64,000 nucleotides of DNA. It comes from an uncultured Gemmatimonadaceae bacterium. Its GTDB lineage: Bacteria > Gemmatimonadota > Gemmatimonadetes > Gemmatimonadales > Gemmatimonadaceae. Below, piece by piece: positions 41,837-51,421 of the stretch. A model generated the notes under the pieces. That model was given only the letters and a program-made list of their open reading frames with translations. It did not search any database and was not told the origin of the DNA. Where the stretch lies: positions 1,088,001 through 1,152,000 of the forward strand of contig CAWFQK010000002.1 of NCBI GenBank assembly GCA_963817955.1, read 5' to 3'. The stretch's first letter is position 1; the number at the start of each line of letters is the position of its first letter. A program made the translations under genes and the position numbers.

Positions 41837-42436
41837 TTAGGCGTACTTTTCCTCAAGGAGTGCTTGGAGAGCTTCACGCGCGCGATGTACGCGCATCTTC
41901 AGCGCTCCGACCGTAGTACCGAGCAGATCAGCCATCTCCTCGTAGGAGCGGCCTTCTACGTGCTTCATGACGAACGCCTCGCGCAGGGATGCTGGTAGCG
42001 TCGTGAGTGCAAGGTCCAGATCACTGCGCAATTCGGTTCGGTCAAGTTCTTCATCTGGGGTCGCATACGCCGACGGTTGATCGTCTTCGTCGTAGCTCAG
42101 ATGGGACCGGCGGATGTTCTTCAGCCAATCTTTGCAGCCATTGGCGACAATTCGGAACACCCAAGCATCGAAGCGACCGCGCACCTCCGCGAGATGCTGG
42201 TACGCCTTGATGAAGCTCAGCTGCAGGATGTCTTCGGCCACGTCCGGACTGCCGGTCATGCACAACGCATGTCGGTAGAGCGGGTCGCTATAGCGGGAAA
42301 TCAGGACTTTGAACGAGTCGCGATTCCCACTCAGTACGCGCTGAATGATGAGTTGATCGGTGTTGTCCTGATCAACCAGGATCTGATCAGCCCGCAGGGC
42401 TGCTTCCGTCGTCTTCACGACAACAGAGTAACGCAC
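41837..42436 (-). CDS. ECF RNA polymerase sigma factor
   Basis: AEDILQ..F, FDAWVFRIVAN, REAFVMKHVEGRSYEEMA...KMRVHRAR; start uncertain (ORF opens at 42529). Confidence 0.93.
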   Translation of the reverse strand: MRYSVVVKTTEAALRADQILVDQDNTDQLIIQRVLSGNRDSFKVLISRYSDPLYRHALCMTGSPDVAEDILQLSFIKAYQHLAEVRGRFDAWVFRIVANGCKDWLKNIRRSHLSYDEDDQPSAYATPDEELDRTELRSDLDLALTTLPASLREAFVMKHVEGRSYEEMADLLGTTVGALKMRVHRAREALQALLEEKYA

Positions 42437-42532
42437 TTTCCGCGCTTCGGACAGGGCGCTAGCCCTGCCGTCATGCTCCAGGAGGCTTGTCACGTTGGTA
42501 TGACGAAAACACAGCGCGACGGGTAACAACGG

Positions 42533-43612
42533 TCAGAACGCCTTCCATCCCCGAGCCCGTATTGCGGGTCCATGCTCGTCCAATCCGGGGGGGGCGAAGC
42601 GGATGCGGCCGCCGACACTCGAGGGCATTCCGGTAACGGCCGACGCGTTCACATCGCGCAACGATTCCAGGACCGTTCGCACAATGCCGTTCGGCACACC
42701 GGCGGCATCGAGTAACCGCGACCATGTGGTCGCCGGCTTGGTGGCGAGTCGTTGTGAGAATTCCGTGACGATCCGATCGCGCTGCGCGATGCGGCCGGCA
42801 TTTGTCGCGAGCGATGCATCGTCAGCCAGCGCATCGAGGTCCAACACGCGCGCGCACGCCACCCATTGCGCGTCACTCCCCACCGCGATGACGATGGGTT
42901 TGTCCTGAGCACGGAACAGTTGATAGGGCACGAGATTCGGATGCGCGTTGCCCCAGCGTTGCGCATCCCGTCCAGTGACGAGCGTATTTTGCGCCACATT
43001 GACGAGTGCGGCACGAGCGCTGTCGGCGAGCGAGATGATGATACGCGCGCCGCGTCCCGCCCGGTGGCGCTGCAGGAGCGCCGCGAGAACGGCGATCGCC
43101 GCGTCCTTCCCTGCGAGAATGTCGGCCAGGGCCACGCCAACTTTCATTGGATCGCCGTCAGGCTCACCGGTGATGGCCATCCATCCCGATTCCGCCTGCG
43201 TGACGAAGTCATAGCCGGGCCGATCAATGCCGGGTCCAAAGCCAGTGATCGTGCACCACACCAGGTCCGGCCGCCGCGTGCACCACTCGTCCGGTCCAAT
43301 CCAGCGACGCTCCAGCGTCCCGATGCGGAAATTGTCCACCACCACGTCCGCTTCACCGATGAGCTGTTCGAGCAACTGCTGATCCTCAGCGAGTCCCAAA
43401 TCCGCAGCAACACTCAATTTGTTTCTGTTGATGCTCAGGTAGTACGCGCTCAGCCCGTCGGCTGCGAACGGCGGCCCCCACCCACGCGTGTCGTCACCGG
43501 CTCCCGGGCGCTCCACCTTGATGACATCGGCGCCGAGATCCCCGAGGAGCATCGTGCACAACGGACCGGCCAGGACGCGGGTCAGATCGAGTACTTTGAT
43601 TCCCTGAAGCAT
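42533..43612 (-). CDS. CoA-transferase family III (CaiB/BaiF)
   Basis: VLDLTRVLAGP, DLGADVIKVE, GDDTR, NRNK, RPGYD. Confidence 0.95.
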   Translation of the reverse strand: MLQGIKVLDLTRVLAGPLCTMLLGDLGADVIKVERPGAGDDTRGWGPPFAADGLSAYYLSINRNKLSVAADLGLAEDQQLLEQLIGEADVVVDNFRIGTLERRWIGPDEWCTRRPDLVWCTITGFGPGIDRPGYDFVTQAESGWMAITGEPDGDPMKVGVALADILAGKDAAIAVLAALLQRHRAGRGARIIISLADSARAALVNVAQNTLVTGRDAQRWGNAHPNLVPYQLFRAQDKPIVIAVGSDAQWVACARVLDLDALADDASLATNAGRIAQRDRIVTEFSQRLATKPATTWSRLLDAAGVPNGIVRTVLESLRDVNASAVTGMPSSVGGRIRFAPPGLDEHGPAIRARGWKAF

Positions 43613-43711
43613 TCGGTGTGATGAGGATACAAAATTGAATATTGCGATGGTGCGATTAAATTCCTGTTGACGCCCGCGCTACGGACTACCTCGACTTGAT
43701 ATCACTCCGTC

Positions 43712-43739
43712 TTGCGTAGCTGCTGCAGAATCATATACT
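43712..43739 (+). promoter_or_regulatory. Putative sigma70-type promoter
   Basis: TTGCGT-16-TATACT in the AT-rich divergent intergenic region. Confidence 0.45.
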
Positions 43740-43839
43740 TCCGCCACCAAAGCCTCGGGCCGCGCGAAGATAGCGCGCCCGGCGACGCGTGACAACGCAA
43801 CGCTCCGCCGCACACCTTCGCCTCCCCGGGTTACATCTC

Positions 43840-44526
43840 ATGGTGGACAAGCCGCAAACGAATGACGCGCCCGCTACTGTGGGCTCTGCCGCGACACCGG
43901 CGGGGGGGCCACGTCACAGTCCGGGACACCGTGGCGCCGACATGCGCGACACGATGGCCGAAATGGCGGAACGGGCCCAGATCATAAGCCAGGAAGCGGG
44001 CAGCAAGGTCGCAGCCGCGATGAAGGATGTCATCAGCGCCGCCGCCGGAATCACCGGCTTCGCCATCGAAAGCGCGCGCGATCTAGTGCAGTACATGGTG
44101 AAGCGGGGCCAGATGACGCCCGAGGAAGCCGAAAAGCTCATGCATGAGGCTGAGGTCGCTCATGCGAGGCGGCCAGCCAGCGAGCAAACCCGTCCAACCG
44201 CGACAAAGATTGCCGCCGACCGTGCAGCCGTCGCCAAGACTGAAGCAGCGGCGCGTGCTGCGGCACAGGCAGCAGCGATGCCGCCGCGCACCCCGTTTCG
44301 TCCTGCGCCGCCCCCCACCCCGACACTCACCGACAGCCCAACGAAACCCGTTGCGAAGAAGCCGGCCGCGAAAGCTGCGAAGCCACTCGAGCCCGCGAAG
44401 GCTTCGATGAAGGCACCGGCGAAAGCGACCAAATCGGGCGTAAAATCGCCAGCCAAGGTGGCCAAGGCGCCCGCGAAGGGCGCGAAGTTGGCGAAGCCCG
44501 CCCCGAAGAAAGGCGGCAAGCGCTAA
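43840..44526 (+). CDS. PhaF-like protein (phasin-like helix plus Lys/Ala/Pro-rich tail)
   Basis: LVQYMVKRGQMTPEEAEKL; tail KKPAAKAAK...KAPAK; start uncertain. Confidence 0.65.
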   Translation: MVDKPQTNDAPATVGSAATPAGGPRHSPGHRGADMRDTMAEMAERAQIISQEAGSKVAAAMKDVISAAAGITGFAIESARDLVQYMVKRGQMTPEEAEKLMHEAEVAHARRPASEQTRPTATKIAADRAAVAKTEAAARAAAQAAAMPPRTPFRPAPPPTPTLTDSPTKPVAKKPAAKAAKPLEPAKASMKAPAKATKSGVKSPAKVAKAPAKGAKLAKPAPKKGGKR

Positions 44527-44530
44527 TTCG

Positions 44531-45349
44531 TCAGCGCGCCACGGTCATTCCCCGGCGCCGCGCCAGCACGGCCTCCAGCAACTCGCGCATCGCGTCGGTG
44601 TCGGGGACACTGAACTCTGCGGCGGTTTCCCCCCGATCGGCTTCCGTGCCGACGCGCACCGTCACGGCATGCGGCTGAACCAGCCGTAGCGCACGAAAAG
44701 CGTCTTCGTCGGTGCGATCGTCTCCAGCGCACAACACCGATGCTCCGGCATGCGCCGCCCCCAACCGCTCGGCCAGGGCCACTGCGGCGGTTCCCTTGTC
44801 GACATCGACCGGCGGTCGAAGTTCGAGTACTTCCTTTCCGCGCGTGAGACGCAACCCCAAGTCCCGAGCGACCTCCGAAACCTGCTCGGTGAGCTCGGGA
44901 ACGATGCCCGGGTGCGCAAGCCGGTAGTGAATGCTCAGCGTCCAACGCTTATCCTCGACCACAACGCCCATTCTTGTGCTCGCAATCACGTAGCAACGCT
45001 TCGCAGCAGCCGCAATGTGATGGGCGAAGCGCGCCACGTCCTCGAGTACGGCGGCCGGTGCATCCGGCGGCGCCAGCTCCATGCCATGATTGCCAATCGT
45101 CCAGAGTCCGGGAACGCCAACCAGGCGCCGCGCATCATCGGCGCCGCGGCCGGAGAGGATCGCGACGTAGGTGTCAGGCTGGTGAGTCAGGCCGGACAGT
45201 ACCTGCTGCATGGCCGGAGATACGATAGCGTGATCGGGACGCATCGCGATCGGCGAAAGTGTTCCGTCCACGTCGAGGAGGAGCATCAGCGGGCGGCCGG
45301 AAAGGCGTGTGGCGAGCGCCGGCGTCACAGGAAGCGCCGGGGTGGTCAT
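44531..45349 (-). CDS. otsB: Trehalose-6-phosphate phosphatase
   Basis: LDVDGTL, LSGR, GNHG, EDK...HYR, DKG, GDDRTDEDAF. Confidence 0.95.
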   Translation of the reverse strand: MTTPALPVTPALATRLSGRPLMLLLDVDGTLSPIAMRPDHAIVSPAMQQVLSGLTHQPDTYVAILSGRGADDARRLVGVPGLWTIGNHGMELAPPDAPAAVLEDVARFAHHIAAAAKRCYVIASTRMGVVVEDKRWTLSIHYRLAHPGIVPELTEQVSEVARDLGLRLTRGKEVLELRPPVDVDKGTAAVALAERLGAAHAGASVLCAGDDRTDEDAFRALRLVQPHAVTVRVGTEADRGETAAEFSVPDTDAMRELLEAVLARRRGMTVAR

Positions 45350-45353
45350 GTCG

Positions 45354-46853
45354 TCACGCGATCACCGGCTGCGGATGTTCGGCATGCTGCGTCAGCATGA
45401 TTTCGGTGGCGCTGCCGATGATGGAGTCGAGCCAGTCGAAGATGGTGGAGTTGTGCAATTGGCGCCGCATCCGATGCATGCGACGCTTGCGCTCCTCCGG
45501 CAACATTTCCAACGCCGTGCGAATGCCGGCCACGAACCCGTCCACATTGAAAGGATTGATCAGGACCGCACCGTCGATCTCCTCGGCACTCCCGGTGAAG
45601 CGGCTGAGAATGAGTACGCCTCGCTCGTCGAGCTGACAAGCGACAAATTCCTTGGCGACGAGATTCATCCCATCCTGAAGCGACGACACGATGCACAGGT
45701 CCGCGGCGCGGTAGACCGCGGCCAGCAGATCGGAATCCACGTTCTCGTTGATCAACACAATCGGCGTCCATTCGGCTCTGCCGAACTGCTCGTTGATCGC
45801 GATGACCGACTGAATCACCTCGCGCTCGAGTGTGTTGTACGCGGGCACATCGGTGCGGGACGGCGTGCAGACGAAGATGAACGTAAAGCGTTCGCAAAGT
45901 TCCGGCGATTCCGTCCACATCGTCTCGAGCGCGTGAATGCGCTCGCGAATGCCCTTTGTATAATCGATGCGGTCGACGCAGACGCCGAGTTGGCGAGTGC
46001 CCTTTGCATACCGCTGCCGCAACGTCTGAACCCGCGCGACACTGTCCGGCGAGCCGGCCATTGCCTCGAAGCGATCGACGTCGATGCTGATGGGAAACGC
46101 GCCAACGTGAACCACTCGATCACGAAAGTGCACGACCTGTTTCGCGTGATCGACCCGCGCATCCGGAATGAACTTGTCCACGCAGTCCAGAAAGTTCACC
46201 GCGTACCGGTCGATCTGGAATTCCATCAAGTCGTTCCCCAACAACCCGCGCAACACCGCCTCGTGCGTGCCCGCGGGCAGGAGATGGAGAATGTCAGCTG
46301 GCGGAAAGGGAATATGCCAGAACTGGTGGATGAACAGCGCCGGCCGCATCGCACGCAGAAACTCCGCGGCGAGCGCGAAGTGATAGTCCTGGATCCAGGC
46401 CATCGCCCGCCCGGTGCACCGCTCTGCCTCATCCGCCACGGCGTGGGCAAAGCGAAGATTCACCGTACGGTACCGCTCCCAGAATTCGGTGCGATACTCG
46501 AAGTGCTGAATGAGCATGTGGCAGATCGGCCACAGCGCGCGATTCGCGAAGCCGTGATAATAGCCATTGACGTCAGCATCATCGAGCCAGACGCGCCGCA
46601 ACGTATAGCATTCCTCCCCGGGCGGCACCGCCACACGGCCGGTTTCGTCGGAGACGTCGCGATCGGCTGTGCCGGAGCCCCACGCCACCCACGTACCGTG
46701 GGTGCGGCGCATGGTGGGATCGAGCGCGGTCACGAGGCCGCCTGCCGGCTGCCTCACCTCGACACCGTGCACGCCGCGCATATGCTCGTACGGCTCGCGA
46801 TTGGAAACGAGTATGAGCTTACAGTCGTTCAGGTAATGCGTGATATCGACCAT
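45354..46853 (-). CDS. otsA: Trehalose-6-phosphate synthase
   Basis: VSNREP, AGGLV, WIQDYH, FWHIPFP, DRIDYTKG, DGMNLVAKE. Confidence 0.97.
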   Translation of the reverse strand: MVDITHYLNDCKLILVSNREPYEHMRGVHGVEVRQPAGGLVTALDPTMRRTHGTWVAWGSGTADRDVSDETGRVAVPPGEECYTLRRVWLDDADVNGYYHGFANRALWPICHMLIQHFEYRTEFWERYRTVNLRFAHAVADEAERCTGRAMAWIQDYHFALAAEFLRAMRPALFIHQFWHIPFPPADILHLLPAGTHEAVLRGLLGNDLMEFQIDRYAVNFLDCVDKFIPDARVDHAKQVVHFRDRVVHVGAFPISIDVDRFEAMAGSPDSVARVQTLRQRYAKGTRQLGVCVDRIDYTKGIRERIHALETMWTESPELCERFTFIFVCTPSRTDVPAYNTLEREVIQSVIAINEQFGRAEWTPIVLINENVDSDLLAAVYRAADLCIVSSLQDGMNLVAKEFVACQLDERGVLILSRFTGSAEEIDGAVLINPFNVDGFVAGIRTALEMLPEERKRRMHRMRRQLHNSTIFDWLDSIIGSATEIMLTQHAEHPQPVIA

Positions 46854-46969
46854 GACTCGTCAGGACTAGCAACAGCCATGCCCGCTGCGGTACAGCTCGA
46901 ATTGGCGACTGGCGAACGGCGGGGCGCCGAATACGTTTACCCCGATCGTCCCCCTGTCACACCAGGATC

Positions 46970-47449
46970 ATGCCCTCGCTACCACGCTTGCTGTCGAACG
47001 GCGCCGTTTTCTTGCTTGTCGCATGCGCGCAGACGCCGGCCCGGAACACGGCGCCGATACCGGCGACGGCCACAGCGACGGCCACCGTTCGCGACGAGAT
47101 CGCTGCTACACTCGCACACGGGGCGCGTGCGTGGAATGCCGGCAACCTGGACGATTTTCTCTCCGATTATCTGCCGAGTGGTAGCACAAGCTTCGTGACC
47201 AATCGCGGCGTGCTGCACGGTTTGGATGCCATTCGCGGCGTGTATGCCGCGCGGTTCGCCGCAGGTGCGCAGCGCGATTCGCTGCACTTCGAAAATCTCG
47301 AGGTCGATCTGCTGACGCCCGACGTGGTCAATGCTATCGCGTTCTATGTGCTCATGCGTCGCGACTCTGTAACGTCGCGCGGGCCGACGTCACTGCTGAT
47401 GCGCCGTGTGGATGGACGTTGGCGCATCGTACACGATCATAGCAGCTAA
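46970..47449 (+). CDS. NTF2-like (DUF4440) lipoprotein
   Basis: Lipobox LVAC; AWNAGNLDDF; WRIVHDHSS. Confidence 0.85.
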   Translation: MPSLPRLLSNGAVFLLVACAQTPARNTAPIPATATATATVRDEIAATLAHGARAWNAGNLDDFLSDYLPSGSTSFVTNRGVLHGLDAIRGVYAARFAAGAQRDSLHFENLEVDLLTPDVVNAIAFYVLMRRDSVTSRGPTSLLMRRVDGRWRIVHDHSS

Positions 47450-48400
47450 GTGGCCGAGTCCATCGTCACGCGCGCGCCGACGCGCATCGATTTCGGCGGC
47501 GGCTGGACTGATGTCCCGCCCTACTCCGACGAAGTAGGCGGTTTCGTCTGCAATCTCGCCATCGCGCGATACGCCACCGTGACGCTGACGCGCGGCTCAG
47601 GACCGCCGCATGCGGACATGGCCGCTGCCGACCGCTCGATTGCGGATGCCGCCATGCGGCGTTTTCGCGTGCACGACTCCCATATCACCGTGCAGAGCGA
47701 TTTTCCGCTCGGGGCCGGACTGGGCGGCTCGTCCGCGGCTGGCGTTGCGATCGTGGCCGCACTCGCTGCCGCACGGGGCGAGCGAATGACTCCGACCGCA
47801 TTGGCCGAACTGAGCCGCAGCGTGGAAATGGCGGATCTCGGGATAGCCGGCGGGCGGCAGGACCACTACGCCGCCGCGTTCGGCGGGGCCCTCGGCCTGC
47901 GCTTCTCCGCCAGTGGTGTCGACGTGCGTCACATCCGCATTACTGCCAAGCTCCGCAGCGAGATCGAGCGCCGGTGCATGATCGTCTACACCGGCCAAAG
48001 CAGGATTTCGGGCGACACCATCAATGCTGTGCTCCGAGATTACCAGCGCGGCGATGCCGCCGTCGTCGCGGCGCTGGCTCGCATGAGAAAGTTGGCCGAA
48101 TCGATGGCCGCTGCGCTCGCCAACGGCGACTTGGACACGCTCGCGTCGTTGGTGAACGAGCACTGGTCGCATCAGCGGTTGCTGCATCCTGCCATTCCAA
48201 CGGCCCACATCGACGAAATCATCGCACGCGCTTACGATGCCGGGGCTCTTGGCGCAAAAGCCCTCGGCGCATCGGGCGGCGGCTGCGTATTGGTGATGGC
48301 GCAAGACCGCACCGTAGATGCGGTTCGCAAGGAGGTATCGTTACTCGGCGAGTTGCTGCCATTCCGAATTGATGAGAACGGAGTGGAACGATGCGCGTAG
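47450..48400 (+). CDS. GHMP kinase (HddA/fucokinase-like sugar kinase)
   Basis: APTRIDFGGGWTD, PLGAGLGGSS, GRQD, GASGGG. Confidence 0.9.
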   Translation: MAESIVTRAPTRIDFGGGWTDVPPYSDEVGGFVCNLAIARYATVTLTRGSGPPHADMAAADRSIADAAMRRFRVHDSHITVQSDFPLGAGLGGSSAAGVAIVAALAAARGERMTPTALAELSRSVEMADLGIAGGRQDHYAAAFGGALGLRFSASGVDVRHIRITAKLRSEIERRCMIVYTGQSRISGDTINAVLRDYQRGDAAVVAALARMRKLAESMAAALANGDLDTLASLVNEHWSHQRLLHPAIPTAHIDEIIARAYDAGALGAKALGASGGGCVLVMAQDRTVDAVRKEVSLLGELLPFRIDENGVERCA

Positions 48401-49554
48401 CGCGCGGCGACGCCGTAGCGCTTACACTCGAGTTGGTCCGCATTGATTCACGCAATCCATCGCTCGTTGTGGGCGGCCCAGGCGAATCGGCGGTAGCCCG
48501 AGCGTTGTGCGAGGTACTGGCCGCGTGGGGGGTTCGCGTCGCGGTTCTCGAGCCAGTGGCGGGGCGGCCCACCGTCGTAGCACGCGTCGGTACGCCAGGC
48601 GCGCGCAGTCTCATGTTCAACGGCCATCTCGACGTCGTTGGCGTCGAGGGCATGACACACGCGCCTTTTGCTCCCGATGTGCGCGACGGACGCCTGTACG
48701 GCCGCGGCGCGGCGGACATGAAGGGGGGAGTCGCGGCGATGTGCGCTGCTGCGGTTACCGCTGCAGATCAATTGCTCGAGGGAGAGATCGTGATCGCCGC
48801 CGTGGCCGACGAGGAATTCGAGAGCATCGGTACTCGTGCGCTCCTCGATAGCGGCGTGCGCGCCGACGCCGCCATCGTCACCGAGCCGACCCACCTCGCG
48901 ATCATGCCGGCGCATTTGGGATTCGTATGGCTCGATGTCACCACATATGGGCGCGCTGCACATGGGAGCCGGTGGGATCTGGGGGTCGACGCCATTCGAC
49001 ATGCGGGACTCATCCTGGCCGAGCTGGATCGGTTCGACGCGGAGGAGCTCCCGACGCGCGCCCATCCGCTGCTCGGCCGGCCATCGATCCATGCCTCCGT
49101 GATCGAGGGCGGAAGCGGTATGTCGACGTATCCAGATCGGTGCATCGTCCAAATCGAGCGGCGTACGATTCCCGGCGAATCTCCGGAGCTGGCAAGACAA
49201 GAATTGGAGGCGCTATGCCGACGTGCCGCCGAGCGTCAGCCGACGCTGCGCGCTAACGTGCGCGTGACCTTCGCACAGCCACCGAGCGACGTGGCCATTG
49301 AGGCACCGATCGTACACGCGCTGGACGGCGCGCTTCGCGGCGCGAATGAACCGGTCCGCGTGGAAGGAATGACCGCCTGGACAGATGCGGCGCTGCTCAA
49401 TGCCGCCGGCATTCCGGCGGTCTGTTTCGGCCCAGGCGACATTACACTGGCGCACGCAGCCGAAGAGTGGATTCCCATGGATGAGATCGAGCGCGCGACC
49501 AGTGTGCTGGCGCGTCTCGCAACGAGTTGGTGTGGAGGAAGAAGCCAAGCATGA
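48391..49554 (+). CDS. M20 ArgE/DapE-family deacylase
   Basis: FNGHLDVV, GRGAADMKGG, DEE, VTEPT, AH. Confidence 0.93.
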   Translation: MRVARGDAVALTLELVRIDSRNPSLVVGGPGESAVARALCEVLAAWGVRVAVLEPVAGRPTVVARVGTPGARSLMFNGHLDVVGVEGMTHAPFAPDVRDGRLYGRGAADMKGGVAAMCAAAVTAADQLLEGEIVIAAVADEEFESIGTRALLDSGVRADAAIVTEPTHLAIMPAHLGFVWLDVTTYGRAAHGSRWDLGVDAIRHAGLILAELDRFDAEELPTRAHPLLGRPSIHASVIEGGSGMSTYPDRCIVQIERRTIPGESPELARQELEALCRRAAERQPTLRANVRVTFAQPPSDVAIEAPIVHALDGALRGANEPVRVEGMTAWTDAALLNAAGIPAVCFGPGDITLAHAAEEWIPMDEIERATSVLARLATSWCGGRSQA

Positions 49555-49772
49555 CGCAGTTGACACACGATCAGTACAACACCTTGGAGCATGCCGTAGC
49601 ACATGGCACGCGCATCGTCGTCCACCGCAAGGGACGACGTCAATATGTGATCATTCCCCTGCGTCTACACGTGCAGGGTAGCCGCGAAGCCATCGAGGCG
49701 CGGAACCCGACGACCGGGCACGAATTGACACTTTACCTCGATGAAGTGGACGCGATCGAGGTGGTGAAATGA
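49551..49772 (+). CDS. Small protein with a WYL-like pattern
   Basis: ATGA overlaps at both ends; LEHAV...IVV...VIIPLRL...IEA...LYLDEVDAIE. Confidence 0.65.
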   Translation: MTQLTHDQYNTLEHAVAHGTRIVVHRKGRRQYVIIPLRLHVQGSREAIEARNPTTGHELTLYLDEVDAIEVVK

Positions 49773-50431
49773 CGCGCGGACCTGATGATTCTGATGGGAC
49801 CGCGTTCCCCATGTTGGCCATCTATGCCGACGAGTCTTGCCTGGGCAACGGACGGGAAGGAAGTAACCCGGGCGGGGCGGCGGGCGTCATCGAGTATGTA
49901 CACCCCGAGACCGGAAATCTGACGCGTTGGGACTATTGGGTGTCGGAACCGGGAACGACAAACAATCGGATGGCGCTGAGGAGCGTGATCGAGGCCTTTC
50001 GCGGCATCTCGCGCAAGGGCGTGCACTTCCGGGTGACATTCACGAGCGATTCACAATATCTCGTGAAGGGGATGAGCGAATGGGTGTTCGGTTGGATGTC
50101 GCGCGGTTGGACGAAGAAGGTTGGTCCGATCCTCAACCTTGAATTGTGGCTGGATGCGGTCGAGGCCGTGCGCGGGCATCAGGTGAGCTGGCAATGGGTG
50201 CGCGGACACGAAGGACATCCGCAGAACGAGTATGCAAACGATCTGGCGGTGCGGGCCGCTCGCGAGCAACTCAGCTCGAACGGCATCGTATCGTCAAACT
50301 TCGATGCGTGGCTCGCGGCACAGCGCGAACGGGGGCGCATGGCCGTGGATCCGCAACCGTTTCCCGACGGCGCTCGCTTCAAGGCGCTGCGTCCCTATCC
50401 CTCGGCGACGAGGCCGACCTTGCTTACGTAG
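49769..50431 (+). CDS. rnhA: Ribonuclease HI
   Basis: IYADESCLGN, TTNNRMAL, TSDSQY, WVRGH.GHPQNE..NDLA. Confidence 0.9.
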   Translation: MTRGPDDSDGTAFPMLAIYADESCLGNGREGSNPGGAAGVIEYVHPETGNLTRWDYWVSEPGTTNNRMALRSVIEAFRGISRKGVHFRVTFTSDSQYLVKGMSEWVFGWMSRGWTKKVGPILNLELWLDAVEAVRGHQVSWQWVRGHEGHPQNEYANDLAVRAAREQLSSNGIVSSNFDAWLAAQRERGRMAVDPQPFPDGARFKALRPYPSATRPTLLT

Positions 50432-50457
50432 GTCCGCATTTGCGGAAGGCGGTATCA

Positions 50458-50640
50458 ATGAAGCGCGTCATACTAGCACTGATCATCGGCTTGGCCGCGG
50501 GGTATCATTGGGGATATGACGATGGGAACGACGGCAATCCCTCGATCGTCTGGCGCACACTGGACAGGTTCGGGGCGGCCAGAGTAAAAGCGGCGCAGGA
50601 AGAGACTCAGCGGCGCGTTGACGAGGCGGGACGGCCTTAG
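50458..50640 (+). CDS. Small exported/membrane hypothetical protein
   Basis: MKRVILALIIGLAAGY; preceded by GGAAGGCGG. Confidence 0.65.
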   Translation: MKRVILALIIGLAAGYHWGYDDGNDGNPSIVWRTLDRFGAARVKAAQEETQRRVDEAGRP

Positions 50641-50665
50641 AGCGTACACCCCAAACCCTTCCCCT

Positions 50666-51343
50666 ATGGATGCCGTCGATCGGATGTTCCGCCACCTCGT
50701 GCGGACGATTCGTTCCCGTTTTCCGCAGTACCTCGGGCAGTCCTTCGACGTGACCGAGCTTTACCAAGACATTATCCCGTACCGCCATCATCGGCGGGAG
50801 CTCGGACTCGAGACGAATGACGATTACGAGATCGCACTGACCGAGCTGCTCTCAGGCGCTCGTGATTATCTGGTCGTCGACGACCGCATGCGCGACACAC
50901 TACGCGCTCAGTTAGCGTCGGTAAATCCAGATCCGACAGGTTTCAAGCAATTCGCCGGCTCCAGCGTCGCCATCTCTCCCTCGGCGCTACGCAGTCTCGA
51001 TATCGGCCCGGCCGACGATGCCGTGCCACGAACCGCAGTGGTCTCGGCCGACGCTGTTACTGGCGCCGAGAGCCCAGCACCACGGAGCGAGGCTGCGACG
51101 CCGCCACCGAATCTTGCTGCTCGGCGATCGGTGGGATTGGCCACGCCTAGCTCGAATGCCATTTCCCCCCGCCTAGGCGAACGCTGCCGATCGTGCAGCG
51201 AAGAGCTTCCCAGTGGGCGTGCAATCACATTCTGCCCGCACTGCGGCCAGAATGTAACGACCATGAATTGTGCCGCCTGCGGCTCGGAGCTCGAAGTGGG
51301 TTGGAAGTTCTGCCCCACCTGCGGCAAACCAGCCGCGACATGA
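50666..51343 (+). CDS. Double zinc ribbon protein
   Basis: C-terminal CRSC, CPHC, CAAC, CPTC. Confidence 0.88.
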   Translation: MDAVDRMFRHLVRTIRSRFPQYLGQSFDVTELYQDIIPYRHHRRELGLETNDDYEIALTELLSGARDYLVVDDRMRDTLRAQLASVNPDPTGFKQFAGSSVAISPSALRSLDIGPADDAVPRTAVVSADAVTGAESPAPRSEAATPPPNLAARRSVGLATPSSNAISPRLGERCRSCSEELPSGRAITFCPHCGQNVTTMNCAACGSELEVGWKFCPTCGKPAAT

Positions 51344-51421
51344 TGCCGGGCAGGTGTATTGCCAACGCACGGCCCGGGTGCTGCATGGAGGAGAACGCGC
51401 ACCCCCAGATCTGAGACAGAC

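Noticed and set aside
45309..47198. 629-aa plus-strand ORF, and similar long ORFs at 3405-5228, 5788-7362, 27919-29430 and 13166-14515
   Set aside because: Antisense or alternate-frame shadows of well-supported genes in GC-rich DNA, with no motifs.
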